From NCBI GenBank assembly GCA_964433755.1, contig CAYSSR010000002.1, forward strand, positions 81,419 through 145,418: DNA of 64,000 nt, read 5' to 3'. Positions 27,450 through 36,749 of this stretch are shown here, one piece after another. Position numbers and translations under genes: made by a program. Numbering within the stretch: the stretch's first letter is position 1; each line of letters starts with the position of its first letter. The stretch comes from an uncultured Anaerolineales bacterium (GTDB lineage Bacteria; Chloroflexota; Anaerolineae; UBA7937; B3-Chlor). The notes beneath the pieces are model-generated. The model worked only from the letters and a program-made list of their open reading frames with translations. It ran no database searches and was not told the DNA's origin.

Positions 27450-28301
27450 TCAACTCCATCCAGCACCGATCTGGGCCTGGTCACCGATGGACCTGACGGC
27501 GCCCTCCACCCATTCGACCCCCAGAACGGGCCCTCTGAGCTCTGTTAGCTCCTCGAGCATGCGGGCGAAACGGGGTGGGTGGCCGCTGGTGTAGAAAGTG
27601 TACCGGCCCTCGCCTCCCTGCCTGAGCAGCCCGTCTTTCCCCAGTACTCTTGCGGTCTGTCGAGCCACGCCCAGGCTGGGATCGAAGATCTCCACCCCAT
27701 CCCCGAGGATCTCCTCCATGAGCAGCCGAAGGAACGGGTAGTGTGTGCACCCCAGCACCAACGAATCCACCCCTGCTTCGACCATGGGGGCCAGACACAC
27801 TTCCAGCATCTCTCTCGTCTCGGGCGCTGCAACCAGCCCTGCCTCTACTTGCTCGACGAGACCCGGGCAACTGCGAGTCAGCACGTCTACGTCGTTCGAG
27901 AACCGCTCCATCAGGCTGGCGAAGAGAGCGCCCTGAAAAGTGACCTCGGTGGCGATCACGCCCACGACCTTGCTGCCGGAGCGTTCGGCGGCGGGCTTCA
28001 ACGCGGGCTCCATGCCCACGATGGGCACGTCGAACCTCTCCCGAAGATGTTTCAGCGCCGCAGCGGACGCAGTGTTACAGGCCACGACGACGATCTTGGC
28101 ACCTTGCGACACCAGGAAGTGGGCTATCCCCGACGTGAGGTCCTGTATCTCGTCGTACGTGCGGTGCCCGTACGGGCAGTGGATCGAATCCGCGAAGAAT
28201 AGCACGTCCTCGTGAGGTAGCTCTCTTACGATCTGCCGCATGACTGATAGACCACCCACGCCGGAATCCAAGATCCCTACAGGACTGCTGTCATCACTCA
28301 T
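27450..28301 (-). CDS. murI: Glutamate racemase
   Basis: VGILDSGVGGLSV, FADSIHCPYG, VVACNTASA, and LGCTHYPF. ATG 28301 follows GGAG. Confidence 0.92.
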   Translation of the reverse strand: MSDDSSPVGILDSGVGGLSVMRQIVRELPHEDVLFFADSIHCPYGHRTYDEIQDLTSGIAHFLVSQGAKIVVVACNTASAAALKHLRERFDVPIVGMEPALKPAAERSGSKVVGVIATEVTFQGALFASLMERFSNDVDVLTRSCPGLVEQVEAGLVAAPETREMLEVCLAPMVEAGVDSLVLGCTHYPFLRLLMEEILGDGVEIFDPSLGVARQTARVLGKDGLLRQGGEGRYTFYTSGHPPRFARMLEELTELRGPVLGVEWVEGAVRSIGDQAQIGAGWS

Positions 28302-28373
28302 CTGTCTCACTCCGAGCATTGCCTCTGCCCCACAACAGGTTATTATGCCTGGGCCAGGGCGTCCTGTCAAGAC

Positions 28374-28402
28374 TTGCTTGCCAAGTCAAAATCCCGTAGA
28401 AT
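28374..28402 (+). promoter_or_regulatory. Putative promoter (-35 TTGCTT, 17 nt, -10 TAGAAT)
   Basis: TTGCTT at 28374-28379 and TAGAAT at 28397-28402. This supports ATG 28422 as the real start of the downstream gene. Confidence 0.45.
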
Positions 28403-28421
28403 GAAAGGATGGAGAGTGGAC

Positions 28422-29387
28422 ATGAACTCGCGCTCCGGCACAATACTCGTGGTGGATGATGATCCCATTGTGCGCGAAGTTGTCTCTGAGTCCCTGGAGG
28501 CGGAGGGACTCAGTGTCATCTGTGCGCCAGACGGCCAAGAGGGCTTGAAGCTAGCCAGACAACAAAAGCCCGATCTGGTGCTCCTCGACATTCGCATGCC
28601 GCGTATGGACGGGCTGGAGCTGTGCCGTCAGCTCAGGCGTGGTTTTCTGACCTCGACCATACCGATCATCATGCTGACCTCCCTCAACGGAACCGCTGAC
28701 AAGGTCGAGGGCATGCGCGTAGGCGCGGACGACTATGTCACTAAGCCCTTCGATCCACAAGAACTCATCGCTCGTGTTTCCACTCACCTGCACCGATCGG
28801 AACGAGACATACAGACGAGTCCTCTCACCAGGTTGCCGGGCAATCTTGCCGTCGAAAGGGCCATTCGAGACAGACTGGCTGCGGGCGCCTTGTTCGCCGT
28901 CTGCTACTTCGATCTGGACCAGTTCAAACCCTACAACGGCAAGTATGGTTTCGTGGCCGGAGACCTGGTGATACGAATGCTGAGCGACTTGATAGTCGGG
29001 GCGGTCCTGGAACAGGGAAACGACGACGACTTCGTAGGCCACGAGGGTGGCGACGATTTCGTCGTCGTCACCACACCAGACAAGGCTGAGAGCATCTGCA
29101 AGACCGTCATAGAAGGCTTCGACGAGAGTATCCCCGAGTGCTACAACGATCAAGATCGGGCGCAAGGATTCTTCCTCGGCCAGGACAGACAGGGAGTGGA
29201 GGCCAGGTTTCCGCTGATGAGCGTCTCCGGCGCCGTGATCACCAATCATCGCAGGAATCTGGTGCACCCCCGTCAAGTCGCCGAGATAGCTGCCGAGGTG
29301 CTTTCGTACGTCAAGAAACAAGAAGGGAGCAACTATCTCTTCGACCGACGTGGGGACAACCCAGAAGGACCACCCCAGGAGGTGTGA
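28422..29387 (+). CDS. Response regulator with REC plus GGDEF-like domain (variant GGDDF)
   Basis: REC: ILVVDDDP...LVLLDIRMPRMDG...KPF. GGDEF-like: LTRLPGN, FDLDQFKPYNGKYGFVAGD, and HEGGDDFVVV. Confidence 0.8.
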   Translation: MNSRSGTILVVDDDPIVREVVSESLEAEGLSVICAPDGQEGLKLARQQKPDLVLLDIRMPRMDGLELCRQLRRGFLTSTIPIIMLTSLNGTADKVEGMRVGADDYVTKPFDPQELIARVSTHLHRSERDIQTSPLTRLPGNLAVERAIRDRLAAGALFAVCYFDLDQFKPYNGKYGFVAGDLVIRMLSDLIVGAVLEQGNDDDFVGHEGGDDFVVVTTPDKAESICKTVIEGFDESIPECYNDQDRAQGFFLGQDRQGVEARFPLMSVSGAVITNHRRNLVHPRQVAEIAAEVLSYVKKQEGSNYLFDRRGDNPEGPPQEV

Positions 29388-29395
29388 TCGTACAG

Positions 29396-29671
29396 ATGCC
29401 CATTTACGAATACGAGTGTCAGTCCTGCGGAAGAAGATTCGAGGTGTTCCAGCACTTCTCCGACGACCCAGTCGAGACCTGCCCAGACTGTGACGGACCG
29501 GTCCGTCGCCTTATCCAGCCAGTGGGTATCATCTTCAAGGGATCGGGCTTCTACGTAACGGATAACCGCCAGCTTCCGGCGCGCGAAGCGGCCAAGGAGT
29601 TGCCAGGAGGAGACGGGAGCAAGAAGAAGGAGAAGGAGAAACAGACCGACGCGACCAGTGCCAAGGACTAG
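29396..29671 (+). CDS. FmdB-family zinc-ribbon protein
   Basis: MPIYEYECQSCGRRFEV...CPDCDG...GSGFY with a Lys/Glu-rich tail. Confidence 0.85.
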   Translation: MPIYEYECQSCGRRFEVFQHFSDDPVETCPDCDGPVRRLIQPVGIIFKGSGFYVTDNRQLPAREAAKELPGGDGSKKKEKEKQTDATSAKD

Positions 29672-29691
29672 GCTCGATGCTGGACGCGTCG

Positions 29692-29991
29692 CTAGAGCTG
29701 AAACTGACCGGTGGCAGGCACCACCTTGTAATGGTAGTTGCGCACGTACCCGAGGAGCTTCGCCTCCAGGCCTTCCCAACCCTCACTTTCCAGAATGCCC
29801 CTCATCGTCTCGCGGTCTTTGGTGATGCCTCCCGCTAGCACCTGAGGGCCATTGCCAACCACGGTATACCACGCTTCGGTGGGCTGGATCCCCAGCTCCA
29901 TCATCTGCGGGGTGAACTCTCTGCTCACAAACTCCATGTACTCTGCTTCTTTCCCGGGCCTGATGTCCCAGCTCATGAGCAGCTTGATCAT
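29692..29991 (-). CDS. Hypothetical small protein (99 aa)
   Basis: Clean ORF with an upstream GGAAAGAGG and protein-like composition. No family recognised. Confidence 0.4.
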   Translation of the reverse strand: MIKLLMSWDIRPGKEAEYMEFVSREFTPQMMELGIQPTEAWYTVVGNGPQVLAGGITKDRETMRGILESEGWEGLEAKLLGYVRNYHYKVVPATGQFQL

Positions 29992-30087
29992 GGTCTAGCC
30001 TCTTTCCAAACTATTTGCCACACCCACAAGCATACCAGATAGTGTACTTCCGGTCAAATCTGGCACAACAAAGCTGAGGTCAAGAAG

Positions 30088-30525
30088 ATGCGCATAGTGG
30101 TTCAACGAGTGAGCAGAGGCTCCGTCTCGGTGGAGGGCGAGCTCGTGGGTAGCATCGAGCAGGGCTTGGTCCTGCTCGTGGGCGTGACCCACGACGATGG
30201 AGAAAAACAGGCCAGGTTTCTGGCCAACAAGATCGCCAACCTGCGTATCTTCCCAGATGACAAAGGCAAGTTCAACCGCTCAGCACTGGACGTCGGAGGT
30301 GCGGCCCTTGTCATCCCGCAGTTCACGCTATATGGCGATGCGCGAAAGGGGCGTCGTCCCAACTTCGTCCAGGCAGCCCAACCCGAGATCGCCGAGCCGC
30401 TGATAGAGAGGTTCGTGTCTTTCTTGAAGGAGGAAGGCCTGCGGGTCGAGACCGGTGTCTTCGGTGCCATGATGATGGTGGAGATTCACAACGACGGCCC
30501 CGTGACTATAATCCTCGACAAGTAG
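30088..30525 (+). CDS. dtd: D-aminoacyl-tRNA deacylase
   Basis: [36 protein letters not shown], and GRRPNF. Confidence 0.92.
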   Translation: MRIVVQRVSRGSVSVEGELVGSIEQGLVLLVGVTHDDGEKQARFLANKIANLRIFPDDKGKFNRSALDVGGAALVIPQFTLYGDARKGRRPNFVQAAQPEIAEPLIERFVSFLKEEGLRVETGVFGAMMMVEIHNDGPVTIILDK

Positions 30526-31372
30526 CCCCAGTTGCCTCCACCACCTGCCGCACGGACTCTATCCCCTCCTTGATGAAGTTATCGCTTGCTGGGTACTGCG
30601 GCGAGTGCTCGAAGACTATCGTCAGATCGTTCTTGCTCCCCGCGAGCACGCGCTCCACAATGGCCGGCACGTTCGCCCACCCCTCCTCGGGCACTTGCGA
30701 GGGGTGCACCGGCACGTGGTGGTACTTGCGGTACATCTCCGGCGTCGCATTGTAGATGTGCAAGATGGTCGTGTACGGCGCGAGGGCCGTGGAGAATTCT
30801 AGCGAGTCGAACCCCGCGTAGATGGACATCAGATGCAGATGCCCGATGTCCAGACAGAACTCCAGGCGCGGGTGAGCCTGCATCACCTCCACAAAGGCCT
30901 CGAACTCGAAGAAGTAGGGATTGGGCCCCACATTCTCGAGCACGAAGGGGATGCCTGACTCCTGACTCCACCCCGACAGTAGATCGCAGCTATTGTGGGC
31001 CAGCTCGATTATCTTGTCGTCGCTGAGCATGGGCCTGGGCTCCCAGATCACCGAGGGTATGTGGCCGATCACATACTCCGCACCGTACGTGACAGCGGTC
31101 TGCATGGTGCGATACATAGAATCGAGAGTTCGCCAGCGCTTCTCTTCATCGGGATCGGTCAGGAAGGGGAAATCGTCGGATGGCAGGCGGGGCAAGGGGT
31201 CGTGGAATCCATAGGCCAAACCCCTGGCTAACGCGAAATCCATGACCAGAGGCAGCATTTCCTCGTCGTAGAAGCCGATCTCGAGCTTGCGGAAACAGCC
31301 CAGCTCGAGCAGACGGTCCAGTCGCTCCAGATCGGTGCGGATGGACGAAGTAGACATGGAGAACTCGATCAT
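30506..31372 (-). CDS. Xylose-isomerase-like TIM-barrel protein (sugar phosphate isomerase/epimerase family)
   Basis: Family-like LEIGF..., GFHDP, VIGHIP, LENVG, CLDIGHL. Start set to ATG 31372 because the track GTG at 31390 lies inside the predicted promoter. Confidence 0.65.
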   Translation of the reverse strand: MIEFSMSTSSIRTDLERLDRLLELGCFRKLEIGFYDEEMLPLVMDFALARGLAYGFHDPLPRLPSDDFPFLTDPDEEKRWRTLDSMYRTMQTAVTYGAEYVIGHIPSVIWEPRPMLSDDKIIELAHNSCDLLSGWSQESGIPFVLENVGPNPYFFEFEAFVEVMQAHPRLEFCLDIGHLHLMSIYAGFDSLEFSTALAPYTTILHIYNATPEMYRKYHHVPVHPSQVPEEGWANVPAIVERVLAGSKNDLTIVFEHSPQYPASDNFIKEGIESVRQVVEATGATCRGL

Positions 31373-31380
31373 ACGGCAAG

Positions 31381-31389
31381 ATTCTATCA
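31381..31389 (-). promoter_or_regulatory. Extended -10 promoter TGaTAGAAT positioned for a leaderless or near-leaderless transcript
   Basis: Minus-strand TGATAGAAT at 31389-31381. The A of ATG 31372 is 9 nt from the end of the hexamer. Confidence 0.35.
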
Positions 31390-31577
31390 CAGCTTGAACT
31401 GGAGGGACAGGACAATCTCAGTAGCGTCTGGACTTGTCTTCGAGTCTCCGGGCGCTGAGCCTCACTGATCCAATGCCCCTCCTCAAGCTGTCAATCGGCG
31501 CCACGAGAACGCACCTGCCCTCTTGAAGACGTAAGGTTCATGCCTGTGACCCTTTTCCACACTCTCCACACAAGTGC

Positions 31578-31606
31578 TTGCCCCGGTATCGTATGGCGCT
31601 TATAAT
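31578..31606 (+). promoter_or_regulatory. Putative promoter (-35 TTGCCC, 17 nt, -10 TATAAT)
   Basis: TTGCCC at 31578-31583 and TATAAT at 31601-31606. GGAG lies 8 nt before ATG 31639. Confidence 0.5.
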
Positions 31607-31638
31607 CCTGCCCACGACTCTGAGTTGGAGCAACACCC

Positions 31639-33645
31639 ATGTGTGCCGAGGCCGCCCGAACCTTCTGTCAGATCTGCCGCGCCGAGTGCGGCATGATCGT
31701 CCACCTCGAAGCCGGCAGAGTCGTGCGAACAGCAGGTGACCCCGAAGACCGATGGAGCCGGGGCAGGCTGTGCGTCAAGGGTCGCCACGCGCCACAGATG
31801 CTTTACGCCCAGGATCGCCTGCTCCATCCACTGATCAGAGCGAAGAAGGGCGGCGCCCTGCGGCGTACCTCCTGGGAGCATGCAATAGACTTCGTCGCTG
31901 ACAAGATGGAGACGATCAAGGAACGGTACGGTCCTGAAGCCCTCGTCTTCTACTACGGCACCACCGCCAAGGTGGTGGATGACGCTGTGCTCCGCCGCCT
32001 GGCCAAGCTCTACGGCACACCAAACGTCACCGGGACCTGGTCTATCTGCGTGGGACCCAAGATTCTGGCCTACAGCAACACCTTCGGCCGCCCTCCTATG
32101 CCCTGGTGCGACCTCGAGAACGCCCGCTACATCCTGCTGTGGGGCACCAACCCTCCCGCCACCCACATGCATCGCTACCACGGAATCAACAGTGACATCC
32201 TGAGCGCGCGGAGGAACGGTGCCAGGCTGGCAGTCATCGACCCACGACGCACACCCGTCGCCGCCAAAGCCGATCACTACCTTCAGATCAAGCCAGGCAC
32301 CGATCTCGCACTGGGCCTGGCGATGATCCAGCACATTGTTGAGGAGAACCTCTACGACGAGGACTTCGTGGCAGCCCACACTTACGGGTTCGACCGGTTG
32401 GCAGAGCACGTCACCCCCTACACTCCTCAGTGGGCGCAGGGGATCACCGATGTTCCTGCCGCATCCATAGAGCGACTGGCAGAGGACTTTGCCCGCTCCA
32501 AGCCCGCCGCTCTGGAAAGACGGGAAGGTGTGCAGCACTGCCGGAATGGCACGCAGACTGTGCGCGCCATGGCTATCCTCATGGCTATCACAGGGAACGT
32601 AGATGTGCGCGGGGGGCTGATGCTCACACCCTATCGCAGCCTGAAGAGCCTCCCCGTGCCTGATAACCTTCCCCAGCCAGCGAAGAGCTTCTGGCGGGAC
32701 CGGTACCCCCTGGCCAAAGACGCCAGCGGGATGCTGCCTGAGGTCATCTTGAGCGAGGACCCCTACCCCGTCCGAGGCCTGATCGTCATCGAAGGCAATC
32801 CCATGTCCTGCTTTCCCAACACGGGCAAAACCCGCCAAGCCCTGGCCGGTCTCGACCTGCTCGTGGTCCAGGACCTGTTCATGAACGAGACAGCCGAACT
32901 AGCCGATGTACTCCTTCCAGGCTGCACGTTCCTCGAGAAGGGAGAGATCAGCGCCCAGTCTCTGAGAACAGACTATCCGGTGCGGACCAGGAGGCCGGTG
33001 GTTCCACCCCTTGGGCAAGCCCTTCCAGAGTGGGAGTTCTTGTCCCTCCTCGGCCAGAGGTTGGGCTACGGGCAATTCTTCCCCTTCACGAGCGACGAGG
33101 AGGTCGTTGAGGCCGTGCTTCACCGAGCAGGGTGGACCGGGCACGAGCCGGCCACGCCCGCGGCCAACGGCCACACGCTCCAGAATGGCTTCACCACGCC
33201 GTCAGGCAAGATCGAGCTCTATAGTACGGCGTTGGAGGAGCAGGGGTACGATCCTCTGCCCGCCGCCCCACTGGATTGGCCGGACGACGACCTCTATCCA
33301 TACTATCTGATCACCGGAGCCAGAGTGCCCCAGTTCTACCACTCCCAGCACCGCAACATCCCCGGCCTTCGCAGGGCTCATCCCGAGCCCCTGGCCGAGA
33401 TGAGCCCCTCCCTGGCTTCGGCCGTTGGCGTAGGCGACGGGGACGAAGTGAAGCTGGAAACCACAGTCGGCGCTGCGGTCTACAAGGCCAAGGTGGTTGA
33501 CCGCATACATCCGCGCACTGTGTCCATCCCCCACGGCTGGACGGGGGCGCACAACGCCAACTGGCTGGTCGATGATCTCTGCTGCGATCCTTTGGCGGCC
33601 ACGCCTCCTTATAGAGACATGCGCTGCCGCGTAGAGAGGCTCTAG
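31639..33645 (+). CDS. Molybdopterin (Mo/W-bisPGD) oxidoreductase catalytic subunit
   Basis: N-terminal Fe-S Cys cluster CQICRAECG...C.KG, then LWGTNP, and molybdopterin-binding domains through a C-terminal beta-barrel (VSIPHGW). Uninterrupted 668 aa. Confidence 0.85.
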   Translation: MCAEAARTFCQICRAECGMIVHLEAGRVVRTAGDPEDRWSRGRLCVKGRHAPQMLYAQDRLLHPLIRAKKGGALRRTSWEHAIDFVADKMETIKERYGPEALVFYYGTTAKVVDDAVLRRLAKLYGTPNVTGTWSICVGPKILAYSNTFGRPPMPWCDLENARYILLWGTNPPATHMHRYHGINSDILSARRNGARLAVIDPRRTPVAAKADHYLQIKPGTDLALGLAMIQHIVEENLYDEDFVAAHTYGFDRLAEHVTPYTPQWAQGITDVPAASIERLAEDFARSKPAALERREGVQHCRNGTQTVRAMAILMAITGNVDVRGGLMLTPYRSLKSLPVPDNLPQPAKSFWRDRYPLAKDASGMLPEVILSEDPYPVRGLIVIEGNPMSCFPNTGKTRQALAGLDLLVVQDLFMNETAELADVLLPGCTFLEKGEISAQSLRTDYPVRTRRPVVPPLGQALPEWEFLSLLGQRLGYGQFFPFTSDEEVVEAVLHRAGWTGHEPATPAANGHTLQNGFTTPSGKIELYSTALEEQGYDPLPAAPLDWPDDDLYPYYLITGARVPQFYHSQHRNIPGLRRAHPEPLAEMSPSLASAVGVGDGDEVKLETTVGAAVYKAKVVDRIHPRTVSIPHGWTGAHNANWLVDDLCCDPLAATPPYRDMRCRVERL

Positions 33646-33651
33646 GACACG

Positions 33652-34962
33652 ATGCATAGACTAAGAGGATACGACCCTCGCCGATGGGTGTCCTCTCTCG
33701 AGCGAGGAGACTCGTTCAAGAGAGCTGTCTTGATCCTGCTCGTCCTCGGGGTGCTGCTGAGGGTGGTCTTGATGCCGATCGCCTTCCACCCAGACCTGTT
33801 CTGGATCACGTATCACGCACAAAACCTCGTCCTGCATGGACAGGTCACGAAGGACCTGTCCGTTCAACCGCTCCCTCAGCTTCTCTACGGGGTCACGATA
33901 TGGCTCTTCCAGGCGGTCCTTTCTCCGGCTGAGACTGTGTGGCCCGACGAGTGGGCGCAGATGGGTGAGGAGGAATATCAGGGTGCCTTCGAGCTACGAA
34001 TGCAGATCGCCGAAGCGCCCAGGATACACCTCACCCTCTTCCTGCTGAAGCTCCCCCACCTGGCGTTCGACCTGGCCTCTGCCTTCATCCTCCTCGCTCT
34101 CCTGAGGAGGCGCCCCAAGCAAGCCATCCTTGCTCTTGCGTTCTGGCTGTTCAACCCCATCGGCCTCTACGTCTCCTACCTCTATGGGCGCTACGACGCC
34201 ATGGCTGGCTTCTTCGTCCTGTTGAGCCTCTATCTCTTCCAGCGAGTACGACCGTTCTCTTCTCTCGGTGCGCTTGCACTTGCCTTCGTGAGCCGGATCA
34301 TGGATGCAGCCCTGCTCCCCTTCTTCCTCGTGGGCGCCTTCAGACAACTCAGGAAGCAAAGGCGGCTCGTCCTGGGCCTGGCGGTAGCCGCGGCGGCCAT
34401 CTTGCTGACTGTCCTCTCTGGGGCCATGCCACGGATTCTTGCCCTCCTGGACCGCGCCCATGGCCAGTTCCTGCTCGCGGCGAAGCTGTCCATCATCCTT
34501 CACGACGAATTGGTGCTCTTCGTCATCGGCTACGCCATTCTGTTCTTCAGCAGCCTCGAAAAGGATCTGTCCTCATACGCGGTGCTGCGCAAGTACTCCC
34601 TCATGGTCTTTCTGGTCCTGTTCTCCGTCTCCTTCTTCAACCCCCAGTACTTCTTCGCGGTTTTGCCTCTTCTGGCTCTGGAGATCGCCGAGCAGCCTGG
34701 TCTGCTTTGGTTTCACCTAGTCCAGGTTGTGGGCTATGCCTTCTATCTCCTCAACTGGGGGTCGCAGACCACCTGGTGGCTCTTCTTGCCCCTGAATCCA
34801 TCCTTCTTCTCTCAGCTTCCGGCGCCCGAGTCGATCATCGACATGTTCACCAACTACAAAGCAGTCATTGCCATCTTTCGCAGCCTGCTGACAGCGGCCT
34901 CCTTGTGGATGACCTATCGCATCTACGGAACCCTCGGCACCGTCCAGGAAGAGACAGGCTGA
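33652..34962 (+). CDS. Polytopic membrane protein, possible GT-C-type glycosyltransferase
   Basis: More than 10 hydrophobic helices and an early loop motif FHPDLFW. Assignment rests on architecture only. Confidence 0.45.
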   Translation: MHRLRGYDPRRWVSSLERGDSFKRAVLILLVLGVLLRVVLMPIAFHPDLFWITYHAQNLVLHGQVTKDLSVQPLPQLLYGVTIWLFQAVLSPAETVWPDEWAQMGEEEYQGAFELRMQIAEAPRIHLTLFLLKLPHLAFDLASAFILLALLRRRPKQAILALAFWLFNPIGLYVSYLYGRYDAMAGFFVLLSLYLFQRVRPFSSLGALALAFVSRIMDAALLPFFLVGAFRQLRKQRRLVLGLAVAAAAILLTVLSGAMPRILALLDRAHGQFLLAAKLSIILHDELVLFVIGYAILFFSSLEKDLSSYAVLRKYSLMVFLVLFSVSFFNPQYFFAVLPLLALEIAEQPGLLWFHLVQVVGYAFYLLNWGSQTTWWLFLPLNPSFFSQLPAPESIIDMFTNYKAVIAIFRSLLTAASLWMTYRIYGTLGTVQEETG

Positions 34963-34985
34963 TCACCTCAGGAGTTCTCGCGCGG

Positions 34986-36749
34986 ATGGCCGTCAGAAGC
35001 CTGCCAGTCCTGTTCCTGTTGGCGACGGTGACGCTGGCACGCGCCCACGTCGACCAGAGCGGGAACCTCGCTGGTTCCGCGCTGCCTCCCATCGACGCCG
35101 AGGCTCTAGGATCGCCTCCGAACGAAACCACCTGGCACCTCCCCGACTATCCCCTCGTCGATGCCATGAGAGAAAGCATCCTTCATACCCTTCGACTGTG
35201 CCAGACAGAGTTCCAGGGCGTAGAGGGGACAGTCACCGGGCTGATGCCTGCTCGGGAGTATGGCATGATCTACGTTCGAGACACCTCTACCATGATGCCA
35301 GCGGTCTCTTACTTCTATGGCGACGAATACCTCAGAACACCAGTGGAGGAGTTCCTACTCAGGCAGTATGCCGCTGATACCACCAGTGACGATGGCCACG
35401 TACCCGGCGCGGGAGCCATCAGCGGAGTCATAGCCTCTGACCACCACATCGACAAAGCTACGGCTGTCTCCGACGAGGAGGTCCACCTCATCCATGCCGC
35501 GTACCAGTACTACCAGACGGGGGGTGGCATCGACTGGCTCCAGAAGAGGCTGGGAGGCGAGGCCGTCCTCTCTCGACTGAACGCCGTGCTGGACTGGCTA
35601 TACACGCACCGGTACGACAGCACTCTCAGATTGATCAAGAGAGGCCATACCACCGACTGGGGAGACGTGAAGTTCGAGCCCTCTGTCGCTCCCACGGACC
35701 TCGATCCGGCGACGGACCACTGGACGTGCTCCATCTACGACCAGGCCCTCGCTTACCGTGCCCTGCTCGAGCTGGCCGAGATGAACGAGACACTTGGGGG
35801 GTCTGCGAGGGCGGAAGACCTCCGCTGCCGAGCGCAGGAGCTGCGCCGGGCCACCAACGAGCAACTGTGGAACGAGGATGGAGGCTTCTACCTGCTCCAC
35901 CTGCACGCTACGCCCCTCACCCATCCCTTTCCCGAGGATCAGATGGTGAGCATCTCCAATGCGGTCGCAGTCTACGTGGGCCTCAGCGACCCCGCGCAGA
36001 CCAACGATGCTCTGGCCAGTCTGGAGCGTGCGCGCCTTTCCGCGGGGGCCGGGAAGCCTGGCCTGAGCGTCTATCCACCCTATCCGCCCGGCTTCTTCGC
36101 CCACCCACAGATGCATAGCGGCGAATACCAGAACGGCGGACTCTGGGACTGGTGGGGTGGTTTACAGATTGCGGCAGAATTCGAGAACGGACTTTCCACA
36201 CTGGCACGGGCGCACCTGTTTCTCGTGGCCCAGGATTGGGCCTTACACCCGCAAGCGATCTACGAATGGCAGTCGCTGTCCACCGGTGCAGGTTGGGGAT
36301 CGCACAACTATGGCAGCGGGGCAGCCACTGTGGGAGAAGCCATCGTACGGGGACTCTTCGGAGTCACCATCGACCAAGACGGGGTCGCTCTAGAGCCCCG
36401 ACTCTCCAAACACGACGGCCAAATACGGCTCGTACAGCCAGCCACCGGGCTCTACGCCTCCTACGACTACAGGTACGAGGGCGACTTCATCCTCCTCGAC
36501 TACGGATCGAACCACCGTGACCCTATCCGGTTCGCGGTTCTATTCCCCAGGGGAAAGGCGACAGTAGAAGAAGTCTCCATAGATGGGCAGAGCGCATCCC
36601 ACACCATGGAGACCATGCTCGACGACAGCTACTGCGTGTTTCAGGGTCCCTCAGGAGTCCACCGGGCGGTGATCTCCTTCACGAGTCGGACGGAACCCCC
36701 CGAGTTCCGTATTGCTTCTGGTAGTAGCTCCGATACTCCGCCGTCTTGA
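34986..36749 (+). CDS. Secreted six-hairpin glycoside hydrolase-like protein (amylo-alpha-1,6-glucosidase / GDE_C-like)
   Basis: Signal peptide MAVRSLPVLFLLATVTLARA, HTTDWGDV...IYDQALAYRALLELAEM, and YQNGGLWDWWGG. Start set at ATG 34986. Confidence 0.55.
   Translation: MAVRSLPVLFLLATVTLARAHVDQSGNLAGSALPPIDAEALGSPPNETTWHLPDYPLVDAMRESILHTLRLCQTEFQGVEGTVTGLMPAREYGMIYVRDTSTMMPAVSYFYGDEYLRTPVEEFLLRQYAADTTSDDGHVPGAGAISGVIASDHHIDKATAVSDEEVHLIHAAYQYYQTGGGIDWLQKRLGGEAVLSRLNAVLDWLYTHRYDSTLRLIKRGHTTDWGDVKFEPSVAPTDLDPATDHWTCSIYDQALAYRALLELAEMNETLGGSARAEDLRCRAQELRRATNEQLWNEDGGFYLLHLHATPLTHPFPEDQMVSISNAVAVYVGLSDPAQTNDALASLERARLSAGAGKPGLSVYPPYPPGFFAHPQMHSGEYQNGGLWDWWGGLQIAAEFENGLSTLARAHLFLVAQDWALHPQAIYEWQSLSTGAGWGSHNYGSGAATVGEAIVRGLFGVTIDQDGVALEPRLSKHDGQIRLVQPATGLYASYDYRYEGDFILLDYGSNHRDPIRFAVLFPRGKATVEEVSIDGQSASHTMETMLDDSYCVFQGPSGVHRAVISFTSRTEPPEFRIASGSSSDTPPS

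Noticed and set aside
31391-31577. Possible Moco riboswitch upstream of the molybdopterin oxidoreductase.
   Set aside because: The best promoter (TTGCCC-17-TATAAT, 31578-31606) leaves only a ~30-nt leader before ATG 31639. I also could not match the conserved Moco-motif cores in the upstream DNA.
31600-32838. Long antisense and alternate-frame ORFs, for example 31600..32838 (412 aa), 13584..14633 (349 aa), 52991..54103 (370 aa), 40949..41908 (319 aa), 26066..26992 (308 aa), 1224..2435 (403 aa) and 15763..16398.
   Set aside because: Each lies opposite or out of frame with a gene that has clear family motifs (Mo-oxidoreductase, gyrB, heptose kinase/maf, BY-kinase, ccsA, MEMO-like, WecB-like). 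Their translations are Arg/Gly/Pro/Ala-rich and low in complexity, as expected for spurious ORFs in GC-rich DNA.
31639-33645. Selenocysteine (TGA recoding) in the formate-dehydrogenase-like molybdoenzyme, or in the AOR at 2..1414.
   Set aside because: Both reading frames are uninterrupted, with no in-frame TGA.
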